DNA from: Clostridium sp. CAG:302
GTDB lineage: Bacteria; Bacillota_I; Bacilli_A; RF39; UBA660
Assembly: GCA_000431795.1 (NCBI GenBank)
Contig: FR887368.1
Span: 90,291 to 154,290, forward strand
DNA length: 64,000 bases
Direction: 5' to 3'
Shown: positions 20,315-28,503 of the stretch, in pieces
Layout: each line of letters begins with the position of its first letter
Numbering within the stretch: the stretch's first letter is position 1
Position numbers and translations under genes: made by a program
Notes under the pieces: model-generated
What the model was told of the DNA's origin: nothing
The model's input: only the letters and a program-made list of their open reading frames with translations
The model's database searches: none

Positions 20315-21241
20315 ATGTTTAAATATACATTAGATAATAAAAGATATCATACTTTAAATTATTATCTTAAAAATAGATTTAATTCTAAAGTATTTAAAGT
20401 TAGTTTAAATGCAGGATTTACTTGTCCTAATATTGATGGTACCAAAGGTTATGGTGGCTGTATATATTGTTCTAAGAGTGGCTCTGGAGAACATGGTGGT
20501 AATCCTAATAAGGATTTGACTACTCAGTTTTATGAAGTTAAGGATGTTATAGAAAAGAAATGGCCTAATAGTAGGTATATTGCTTATTTTCAGGCGAGAA
20601 CTAATACTTATGCTCCTCTTGAAGTATTAAAATCTAAGTATGAAGAAGTATTAAAAATAGATAATGTAATTGGATTATTTATCGCTACTAGATGTGATGC
20701 TATTACTGAAGATACTTTGGATTATTTAGAAGAACTTAATAAAAGAACTTATCTTACTATTGAACTTGGTTTACAAACTATACATGAAAAGACCTCTAAA
20801 CTAATTAATAGAGGTCATACACTTGAAGAATTTGATAGTATGGTTAAGAAATTAAGAAATAGAAATATTGATGTTGTTGTTCATATTATTAATGGTTTAC
20901 CTTATGAAACTGAAGATATGATGTTAGATACTGTTAAACATTTAAATACTTTAGATATACAAGGTATTAAAATACATATGTTAAATATTGTTAAAAATAC
21001 CCCTTTAGAAACTTTATATAATAAAGAACATTTTCATATATTATCTAAAGAAGAATATATAGATATAGTTATTAAACAGTTAGAATTATTAAATCCTAAG
21101 ATAGTAATTCATAGAATTACTTCTGATCCAGATGTATCTACTTTAGTAGAACCTACTTGGTTAATTAAGAAGTTTTGCCTACTTAATGATATTGATAAAG
21201 AAATGGTAAAAAGAGATACCTACCAAGGTAAGTATTATTAA
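20315..21241 (+). CDS. TIGR01212-family radical SAM protein
   Basis: FTCPNIDGTKGYGGCIYC cysteine cluster. The size and the ELGLQT / GIKIH segments are typical of the YtqA-like family. Confidence 0.8.
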   Translation: MFKYTLDNKRYHTLNYYLKNRFNSKVFKVSLNAGFTCPNIDGTKGYGGCIYCSKSGSGEHGGNPNKDLTTQFYEVKDVIEKKWPNSRYIAYFQARTNTYAPLEVLKSKYEEVLKIDNVIGLFIATRCDAITEDTLDYLEELNKRTYLTIELGLQTIHEKTSKLINRGHTLEEFDSMVKKLRNRNIDVVVHIINGLPYETEDMMLDTVKHLNTLDIQGIKIHMLNIVKNTPLETLYNKEHFHILSKEEYIDIVIKQLELLNPKIVIHRITSDPDVSTLVEPTWLIKKFCLLNDIDKEMVKRDTYQGKYY

Positions 21242-21305
21242 TTATAATATATATACTAAAAAAATATAAAGTATTAAATTATGTATTTTATATTTTTTAT
21301 ATTAA

Positions 21306-23309
21306 TTAAGATACTTTTAAAGTATATGGATTACTTTCAGAACCATCACCAGAATTTATTTTTAATTCCGGCTTTAAATAAAGGGTAGGCAAAATACCAA
21401 AGGTATTGTTAGCATTATTTGCATAATATATATATCCACTTAAGTTCCAAGGATAAGTTTCAGAATCAGAATAAGAACCAATGTTTAAAAACCAAAAATT
21501 ATCTACTTTTTGACTTAGCCAGTTATTATTTTTTTGACATGACATATCTATATATATATCTTCAGGTGCTGAACTTAAGAAATCATTAGAGTATAAATAA
21601 TCTGATACAGTTGGTAATGCTATTTTTCCAGACCAAGTTTTAGTTATTTCGCTAGAGTATGCAGCATTAGAAAATATGTTTCTTGAACTATAATAAGTTC
21701 CTATATTCCATTTTACACTAGTTATCATATTTCTTGTAGTTTCATTTTTTATTTTAAAATTTAATTCGTTTCCATTATAATAATTTTCATTCAGTATTTT
21801 TTGTAACGTTGATGTCGACCAAGCTGCAATGCCATTACTATCCCATGCTAGTTCACCAATTGTGCTGTTTCTAATTATTTTTAATTTACCATCAAACACT
21901 CCTATTATTCGCCATATTTCACATGTATTTGATGACGGATTGGAATAATTATTACAATTGAAATATATGTAGTTGTTTACATTACCCGGCTCTGTTGAAC
22001 TCACTTCTCTAGAGCAAAGGTATTGTTTTACACCATCAACTGATGTTGTTTCACCATTAGTTATTTGACTTATAATATTAGGTAGACCTGTTTCACATTC
22101 TGCCACACTAGAAAAGCCTAAACTGGCATAGGAAGACGTACAATTTGTGGCTTGAGAAAGTGTAGTTATACAATTTTCTTTAGAGGAAATTGCTTGGTTT
22201 GAAATGAAAAGATTTTGGCTTATTTGATAAAATATCATTGCCGTGTTATAACTATTCCATGCATATGCCTTTTGTTCGGAATTAGAAGTAATACCATAAA
22301 ATCTAATATTACCTCCATTTAGGTCTGATGTTGTTCCACCTAATCTATCATTCATAAGTCTTACTGAAGGTGCTGTATTATAAGTAATGTCATTGCTTAT
22401 TACAGTTGTTTTTGGAGCATTATTATATAAATCAGTTATATATGTTGCAGCGGTTTCAATAGTTATTTTTCCTGAAGTAAAGCCATCTTCTGATATTATT
22501 TTCAACGTGTGATATCCAGGTGATAATTTTTCCAAATAACTTTCTTTAAATGTTACTATTGTTGAACCTTCGGTTATTGTATAGTTAGAGCTGTCTACAA
22601 CTGTATCATCTACCCTTACCTCTCTAAATTTACTTAGAGGAGCTGTAGACCTAACTGCTTTTGTTCCTGAACCTGTATAGGTTGGTGTATATGTAGTACC
22701 ATCACCATTTGTTAACTGATATGTATCTGTTGGTACTATCTTAGTACTTGTACCTGTTATGTTACAGTTTAAATCAAAGTTATATGGTTGATTAGTCATA
22801 TCTAATGGATTATTACCTATAGTACCATCTATCCATAGATATAATATAAATGTGTATTCTTTATTATAATCTAATGTTTCTTTATCTGTACTTAGTGTTA
22901 TTGTAGTACCATTAGTTACATTTTCAAAACTACCTGTACCATAAGATACTCCTGTTGTGTCATTTACTAATTCATATTTAAATGATTTATGTTTTAATCC
23001 TGAAGTAGTAAGTGTTGTTTCATTTATACTATTTACTACTAAATTCCAAGTAACAAAAGCATTTGTAGCCATTTGTTGTTTAGTAGTTACTTTTAATATT
23101 CTTCCCTTTTCTCTTGTGGATGTTGGATATAATAATTTATTGTTGTCTGATAGTTTATCACACGAACCAGTACCACCTGCGACTGTTACATCTACTAACT
23201 GATCTTTGTTTTCTGCAGAGCTGCTCCAACCAAAGTATGCCATTGTTGATCCTACTAGAATAAACATAACTATTGCAATAATTAATAAAATAATATTCTT
23301 TTTTTTCAT
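21306..23309 (-). CDS. large secreted protein with SipW-class-like signal, N-domain paralogous to 3921..5037, and a C-terminal DUF6273-like region
   Basis: ILVGSTMAYFGWSSSAEN, GSCDKL, FKYELVNDTTGVSYGTG, YTFILYLWIDGTIGNNP (compare ITVYIWLDGNLV). The C-terminal CEIWRIIGVFDGKLKIIRNS...WSTSTLQKILNENYYN resembles DUF6273-type domains. Confidence 0.6.
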   Translation of the reverse strand: MKKKNIILLIIAIVMFILVGSTMAYFGWSSSAENKDQLVDVTVAGGTGSCDKLSDNNKLLYPTSTREKGRILKVTTKQQMATNAFVTWNLVVNSINETTLTTSGLKHKSFKYELVNDTTGVSYGTGSFENVTNGTTITLSTDKETLDYNKEYTFILYLWIDGTIGNNPLDMTNQPYNFDLNCNITGTSTKIVPTDTYQLTNGDGTTYTPTYTGSGTKAVRSTAPLSKFREVRVDDTVVDSSNYTITEGSTIVTFKESYLEKLSPGYHTLKIISEDGFTSGKITIETAATYITDLYNNAPKTTVISNDITYNTAPSVRLMNDRLGGTTSDLNGGNIRFYGITSNSEQKAYAWNSYNTAMIFYQISQNLFISNQAISSKENCITTLSQATNCTSSYASLGFSSVAECETGLPNIISQITNGETTSVDGVKQYLCSREVSSTEPGNVNNYIYFNCNNYSNPSSNTCEIWRIIGVFDGKLKIIRNSTIGELAWDSNGIAAWSTSTLQKILNENYYNGNELNFKIKNETTRNMITSVKWNIGTYYSSRNIFSNAAYSSEITKTWSGKIALPTVSDYLYSNDFLSSAPEDIYIDMSCQKNNNWLSQKVDNFWFLNIGSYSDSETYPWNLSGYIYYANNANNTFGILPTLYLKPELKINSGDGSESNPYTLKVS

Positions 23310-23327
23310 TTAGAGCACCCCTCTTTC

Positions 23328-24377
23328 TTAGAATAGTTTTATTACATCACTTATTGTTACAAATACCATTAATAACATTAATAGTATAAAGCCTATACTA
23401 TTTATCATTCCTTCTGTTTTTGCTTTAATTGGTTTTCTTCTTATTTTTTCTATTATTAAGAATAATACTCTTCCTCCATCAAAGGCTGGGAATGGTATTA
23501 GGTTTATTACTCCAACATTCATAGATAGATATGCTACTAGACTTAAGATACTTTCAAAACCTTTCTTAGACTGACTATCTACTACTGAGTATATTCCTAC
23601 TGGTCCTGATAAATCTTTAACTGAGAATTTTCCTGTTACTAATTCTTTTAATGTAGTAATCATTAATTTATATAGACTAGCAGTCGTTTCTACTGCATGT
23701 TTAAGTGAAACGCCTAATCCTTTTCTTACTGTGGTATCTAGTCCTATTCCTACTACATAACTTACATTTCCTTCTTTATCTTCTACTTTATCTGGTACTA
23801 ATGTTACTTCTCTTTTTGTACCTGATTTATCTTTCAATACTATATTTAATTGTTCACCTTTAGATGTTTGAATATATAATTGTACTTCACTCCAACTAGA
23901 TACTCTTTGTTTGTTTATTGATACTATGGTATCTCCTTCTTTAATACCAGCAGTATAAGCAGGATATCCTTCACTTACATTAGCTACTACTGGTTTAGTA
24001 GAAATGCTTCCATATATTAATGCTGATACAAATAGTATTACAAAGGCAAATAAGAAATTAAATGTTGCACCAGCAATCATTATTATTAATCTTTGCCATA
24101 CTGGCTTAGAATATAATTTTCTTTTATTTGGAATCTTACTATTATCATCAGCATCTTCACCCGCTAGTGATACAAAACCACCTATTGGTATAGCTCTAAT
24201 ACAGTATTCTGTTTCTCCACCTTTCTTTTTAAAATGGAATATTTTAGGTCCCATACCTATTGAAAATTCATAGACATATACTCCAAATAATTTAGAAAAT
24301 ATAAAATGTCCAAATTCATGAACTAATACTATTGCTCCTAATATTAGTACAAAATATAATAAACTTAATAAATTCAT
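23328..24377 (-). CDS. rseP: RIP zinc metalloprotease RseP/RasP (M50 family)
   Basis: HEFGHF motif in TM1, a central PDZ-like segment, and a C-terminal NLIPFPAFDGG motif. Confidence 0.9.
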   Translation of the reverse strand: MNLLSLLYFVLILGAIVLVHEFGHFIFSKLFGVYVYEFSIGMGPKIFHFKKKGGETEYCIRAIPIGGFVSLAGEDADDNSKIPNKRKLYSKPVWQRLIIMIAGATFNFLFAFVILFVSALIYGSISTKPVVANVSEGYPAYTAGIKEGDTIVSINKQRVSSWSEVQLYIQTSKGEQLNIVLKDKSGTKREVTLVPDKVEDKEGNVSYVVGIGLDTTVRKGLGVSLKHAVETTASLYKLMITTLKELVTGKFSVKDLSGPVGIYSVVDSQSKKGFESILSLVAYLSMNVGVINLIPFPAFDGGRVLFLIIEKIRRKPIKAKTEGMINSIGFILLMLLMVFVTISDVIKLF

Positions 24378-24392
24378 ACTATCCTCCTCCTA

Positions 24393-25172
24393 TTATAAAA
24401 TACTAAGTAATAAACTCATACCTAATGATACAAATATAACACTATCAAATCTATCTAATATACCACCATGTCCAGGTATTATATTTGAATAATCTTTTTT
24501 ATCATAATATCTTTTTATTGCACTAAATACTAAATCTCCCATTTCACTTAATATAGTAAGTATTAATGACATAAATATTATTTTTAGTACTGATATACTA
24601 CCTATTAATGATAAATAAAACATACTACCTATAAATGTACCTACTAGTACTCCTATAATACATCCTTCTATTGTTTTTTTAGGAGATATACTAGTAAATC
24701 TATGTTTTCCTATTAAATTGCCTCCAATAAAAGCATATGTATCGGTAATAAATGATATTATAAATATATAGATACACTTATATATATTAACTTCTCTCAT
24801 AGTACTAATATTGTTAAAAGCAAGTCCTAGTAACAATATTATACCTATAAAATACATACTATCATTGATATTGTATTTATCTTTATCATTATAGAATATT
24901 ACTGGTAATATTAATAATAATAGAGTTAATATTATCATACTGGTAATATTTAATTTATATACTATACCATTTAACATAAATATTCCAAGTAATATATAAG
25001 ATATTATTTTTATTACTGGTATATTTTTCTTTTTGTATTTGATATCTATTAGTTCTTTTAAACCTAGTATAGAGGTAATTGCCATAACTATTCTAAATAC
25101 TGTATTTCCTAATAGGAATGCTAGTAGTAGAATACCCACTACTAAGGCTCCTCCAAGTAATCTTTTCTTCAT
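24393..25172 (-). CDS. cdsA: phosphatidate cytidylyltransferase
   Basis: SPKKTIEG and [12 protein letters not shown] signature; polytopic. Confidence 0.9.
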   Translation of the reverse strand: MKKRLLGGALVVGILLLAFLLGNTVFRIVMAITSILGLKELIDIKYKKKNIPVIKIISYILLGIFMLNGIVYKLNITSMIILTLLLLILPVIFYNDKDKYNINDSMYFIGIILLLGLAFNNISTMREVNIYKCIYIFIISFITDTYAFIGGNLIGKHRFTSISPKKTIEGCIIGVLVGTFIGSMFYLSLIGSISVLKIIFMSLILTILSEMGDLVFSAIKRYYDKKDYSNIIPGHGGILDRFDSVIFVSLGMSLLLSIL

Positions 25173-25181
25173 AATGCCTCC

Positions 25182-27086
25182 CTATGCTATTTTATAGTCA
25201 TCTTCAAGAGAGAATATAACATTTTCTTCAATCCAATTTTTTCTTGGTTCTACAGCATCTCCCATAAGTACTGATACTCTTTTTTCAGCAAGAGCTGCAT
25301 CTGTTATATTTACTTTAATTAACTTTCTTTCTTCTGGATCCATAGTAGTTTCCCATAACTGGTTAGCATTCATTTCACCAAGTCCTTTGTATCTTTGTAC
25401 TTTATAGTTTGTTTTTCCTTTTGTTTCTTCTCTTAATTCTTCATTAGACCAAGCATATACGTGTTTACTACCACTAGTTACTTTATATAGTGGTGGCATT
25501 GCTATAAATAGATGCCCTTCTTCAATAAGCGGTTTCATATATCTATAGAAGAATGTTAATAATAAACATTGTATATGTGCACCATCATCATCAGCATCAG
25601 TCATTATTATTACTTTACCATAATTTATATCTTTTACATTGAAGTCACTACCTACTCCTGCACCTATTGTATAAATTAGAGTATTTATTTCTTCATTTTT
25701 AAATATTTCTTCCATTCTTGTTTTTTCAGTATTTAATACTTTACCACGAAGTGGAAGAATAGCTTGTACTTTTCTATCTCTACCTTGTTTAGCAGAGCCT
25801 CCTGCTGAATCTCCCTCTACTATAAATAATTCTTTTTCCATTGCTTTTTTACTTTGAGCAGGAGTTAACTTTCCTGATAATAGTCTTTCGGTCTTTTTAC
25901 TATCTTTTCCTTTTCTTGTTTCTTCTCTTGCTTTTCTAGCAGCTTCTCTAGCTTCTTTTCCTTTTACAGCTTTTCCAACTATTTTAGTAGCTACCATTTT
26001 ATTTTCTTCAAGGAAGAATTTTAACTTCTCTGTAACTATTGCTTCGACTACTGCTCTAGCAGCGGGTGTACCTAGTTTTGATTTGGTCTGTCCTTCAAAC
26101 TGAAGTATATCTTCAGGTATTTGTACAGATATAACTGCTGTTAAGCCTTCTCTTACATCAGAGCCATCAAAACTTTTATCTTTCTTTAAGTAATTATTTG
26201 CTCTAGCATAGTCATTAAGTACTTTCGTAATAGCGGTTTTGAAACCAACTTCATGACTACCACCATCACTAGTTTTTACATCATTAACAAATGATACAAT
26301 ATTTTCTGAATAACTATCAGTATATTGCATAGCTACTGATACATTAATTTTATCTTTTGAACTAGTAAAACATAATGGTTTATGTAATACTTCTTTTCCT
26401 TCATTTAAATATTCGCAAAAGGCTTCTAATCCATTTTCATAATGGTACTTTTCACTTCTTCCTTCTATTTCATCTACTACTTCAATGGTAAGTCCACTTA
26501 TTAAGAAAGCACTTTCTTGCATTCTTTCACATATAGTAGAAAAACTAAATGTTGTAACCGGAAATATTGCTGGATCGGGTTTAAATTTAACTGTTGTTCC
26601 AGTTCTATTTGTAGTTCCTACTTTTCTTAAAGGTACTACCACTTTACCACCATTTTCAAACTTTATATAGTATTCTCCGCCATCACGACGAGTTACTACT
26701 TCCATAACTGAGCTCAAAGCATTAACTACTGATCCACCTACTCCATGTAATCCACCGGATACTTTGTATCCGCCTTCACTAAATTTACCACCAGCATGAA
26801 GTACTGTATATATTACCTCAGGTGTTGATTTACCAGATGAATGCATACCTACTGGTAAACCTCTACCTTTATCAGTTACACTTACTGCCCCATCTTTATG
26901 TAAAACTATCTTTAAATGATTACCATAACCATTTAATGCTTCATCAATAGAATTATCAACTATTTCCCATACTAGATGATGTAAACCTCTTTTATCAGTA
27001 GAACCAATATACATACCTGGTCTTTTTCTTACCGCTTCTAATCCTTCTAGTATTTTAATTGAACTCTCATCATATTTTGCTGCCAT
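25182..27086 (-). CDS. parE: type IIA topoisomerase ATPase subunit (ParE-like; GyrB not excluded)
   Basis: LEGLEAVRKRPGMYIGST, HHLVWEIVDNSIDEA, the Toprim motifs EGDSAGG and MTDADDDGAHI, and a C-terminus RKNWIEENVIFS. No partner A subunit is adjacent. The ATG at 27086 follows AAAGAG; the track start is a GTG. Confidence 0.8.
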   Translation of the reverse strand: MAAKYDESSIKILEGLEAVRKRPGMYIGSTDKRGLHHLVWEIVDNSIDEALNGYGNHLKIVLHKDGAVSVTDKGRGLPVGMHSSGKSTPEVIYTVLHAGGKFSEGGYKVSGGLHGVGGSVVNALSSVMEVVTRRDGGEYYIKFENGGKVVVPLRKVGTTNRTGTTVKFKPDPAIFPVTTFSFSTICERMQESAFLISGLTIEVVDEIEGRSEKYHYENGLEAFCEYLNEGKEVLHKPLCFTSSKDKINVSVAMQYTDSYSENIVSFVNDVKTSDGGSHEVGFKTAITKVLNDYARANNYLKKDKSFDGSDVREGLTAVISVQIPEDILQFEGQTKSKLGTPAARAVVEAIVTEKLKFFLEENKMVATKIVGKAVKGKEAREAARKAREETRKGKDSKKTERLLSGKLTPAQSKKAMEKELFIVEGDSAGGSAKQGRDRKVQAILPLRGKVLNTEKTRMEEIFKNEEINTLIYTIGAGVGSDFNVKDINYGKVIIMTDADDDGAHIQCLLLTFFYRYMKPLIEEGHLFIAMPPLYKVTSGSKHVYAWSNEELREETKGKTNYKVQRYKGLGEMNANQLWETTMDPEERKLIKVNITDAALAEKRVSVLMGDAVEPRKNWIEENVIFSLEDDYKIA

Positions 27087-27118
27087 AACTATCACTCTTT
27101 CTATTAATTTCCATAATA

Positions 27119-27147
27119 ATTATACAATAAAATAAAAAGAAGAGCAA
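27119..27147 (-). promoter_or_regulatory. sigma-A promoter of the topoisomerase gene
   Basis: TTGCTC - 17 nt - TATAAT on the minus strand. Confidence 0.55.
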
Positions 27148-27239
27148 GATTCTTATCGTTATTTTAGAACAAAAAGCAAATAAATTTGTTTTTTATTGCA
27201 TATGATACTCTGAATATTTATTGCTTGCTACAAAAGTTA

Positions 27240-27268
27240 TTGCTTTTTTATTAAAAATAACATATAAT
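27240..27268 (+). promoter_or_regulatory. plus-strand sigma-A promoter of the candidate antitoxin sRNA
   Basis: TTGCTT - 17 nt - TATAAT on the plus strand in a region with no plus-strand ORF. Confidence 0.5.
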
Positions 27269-27274
27269 GTATAT

Positions 27275-27378
27275 GAAAGAGAAATTAGTCATAATAAAAA
27301 TGGCTAACACCTATTGCGAGGTGTTCTCTTCAGATTTTTGATCATCGGAGCTACCCCCCTGAGGTGCCCCGATTTTTT
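27275..27378 (+). ncRNA. candidate antisense (antitoxin) sRNA convergent with the small toxin-like ORF
   Basis: It runs from the predicted promoter to the plus-strand hairpin TCGGAGC..GCCCCGA plus TTTTTT (27345..27378), ending 3 nt from the toxin stop codon. It is fully complementary to the toxin mRNA 3' UTR. It carries CCCCCCT, complementary to the toxin RBS AGGGGGAGG. Confidence 0.4.
27294..27325 (-). terminator. terminator of the toxin-like mRNA
   Basis: AACACCT-CGCAAT-AGGTGTT followed by AGCCATTTTTATT on the minus strand. Confidence 0.5.
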
Positions 27379-27380
27379 AT

Positions 27381-27458
27381 CTATTTTCTATGGCTACCTA
27401 GCACTATTAATGCTATGGTAACAAGAATAGTTAAAGCATACGCTATAACTAATTCCAT
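27381..27458 (-). CDS. candidate type I toxin, 25-aa hydrophobic peptide
   Basis: MELVIAYALTILVTIALIVLGSHRK: one TM helix plus a basic tail. Strong RBS AGGGGGAGGAGG 10 nt upstream. Too short for the ORF track. Confidence 0.5.
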   Translation of the reverse strand: MELVIAYALTILVTIALIVLGSHRK

Positions 27459-27461
27459 GTA

Positions 27462-27506
27462 CTAATAACCTCCTCCCCCTAAGGTTAAGAAATTACTTTC
27501 TATCAT
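27462..27506 (-). CDS. 14-codon leader ORF overlapping the toxin RBS
   Basis: ATG behind GGAAGGAGAGGTG. It encodes MIESNFLTLGGGGY, and its GGGGY codons are themselves the toxin Shine-Dalgarno sequence. The stop lies one codon before, and in frame with, the toxin ATG. Confidence 0.3.
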   Translation of the reverse strand: MIESNFLTLGGGGY

Positions 27507-27578
27507 AAAATCACCTCTCCTTCCAAAGTAAAAACCTTAGAAAAAGAAGAGAACACCATAAGTATTAACCACGCCAAC

Positions 27579-27608
27579 ATTATATACTAGTTTAAATACT
27601 ATAGTCAA
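27579..27608 (-). promoter_or_regulatory. sigma-A promoter of the toxin-like mRNA
   Basis: TTGACT - 18 nt - TATAAT on the minus strand. Confidence 0.55.
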
Positions 27609-27679
27609 GCAAAATATGACTATTTTTTTAATATCTTTGTAAAGTCTTTATTTATATGTATTTATAAGATTTTTATATA
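27590..27679 (-). repeat. ~90-bp repeat, copy C (homologous to 38467..38556)
   Basis: aaaatatgactattttttta atatctttgtaaagtctttatttatatgtatttataagatttttatata aligns with 38488..38556 with few mismatches. Weaker homology continues to 27590 / 38467. Confidence 0.7.
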
Positions 27680-27704
27680 TTAAATATATGTACTAAATTA
27701 CAAT

Positions 27705-27805
27705 CAAGTATATAATACTTGCTTATATATAATAGGCATACTGATGCATTATTCTTAGACTAGGATTAGGCTAAGAATAACACTAAAAGACCTTGGCTTT
27801 TAGTG
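27705..27805 (-). repeat. composite intergenic repeat (copy b, inverted relative to a and c)
   Basis: Box tgcttatatataatag (reverse complement of CTATTATATATAAGCA) at 27720..27735. Hairpin 27749..27780 has stem TTATTCTTAG/CTAAGAATAA. Hairpin 27781..27805 has stem CACTAAAAG/CTTTTAGTG. Read on the minus strand the loops are CCTAATCCTAGT and CCAAGGT. Confidence 0.7.
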
Positions 27806-27814
27806 AAAGGAATA

Positions 27815-27844
27815 GAAAAAATTCTATTATTATTAGTAATAGAA
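27815..27844 (-). terminator. intrinsic terminator of the lipoprotein gene
   Basis: TTCTATTA-CTAATAA-TAATAGAA followed by TTTTTT on the minus strand. Confidence 0.7.
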
Positions 27845-27852
27845 CTTTAGCT

Positions 27853-28395
27853 TTATTTACATGTTAATCCACGGTCTGTATATGTTTTCTTTAGAGTATT
27901 AAAATCTCTATTTATACCAAAATTGGTTATATCAGTATCTGTTAGTTTTGTTAAATCGTAGGTGTATGTTACTGTATAATCATTATCGTTATCATTATCT
28001 ATTTTAGCAGTAAACCCTTCTGTGTTGGTATAACTTCCAAATCTAGTATTATGTCTAGTTTTTATACCTGAAATATCTAAAATTGTATCGGTTACTCCGG
28101 TTACTACATCGTCTAATGCTTCTCCTACTACACCATCTACGATACCATTACTATCAGGATCTTTATCACTCGTTGTACCGTCTGTACCTGTTCCTACTCC
28201 ATCAGTATGATTGTCTTTATAATCATAAGTTGCTGTTAGTTTTTTTACATCATTACCATCATAGTCTATCATATATTTTGTCTTTGATGTGATATTACCT
28301 GATTTTGTTTCACTAGTACAAGTTAGTGTTTTGGTATTGGCTGTACATCCTGAAAGAACTGCAATTACGGCAATTATTAGTAGTACTTTCTTCAT
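27853..28395 (-). CDS. lipoprotein of unknown function
   Basis: Lipobox LSGC after a signal peptide; Asp/Gly/Thr-rich central region. Confidence 0.65.
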   Translation of the reverse strand: MKKVLLIIAVIAVLSGCTANTKTLTCTSETKSGNITSKTKYMIDYDGNDVKKLTATYDYKDNHTDGVGTGTDGTTSDKDPDSNGIVDGVVGEALDDVVTGVTDTILDISGIKTRHNTRFGSYTNTEGFTAKIDNDNDNDYTVTYTYDLTKLTDTDITNFGINRDFNTLKKTYTDRGLTCK

Positions 28396-28503
28396 ATTTA
28401 TTACTCCTTTCCAATATTAGTATTGACAATTGTTAGTAATATAGTATTGGTATTTTTTGGTAATTTTAAAAGGTAGTTATTGCTAACTACCTTTGGTATC
28501 ATT

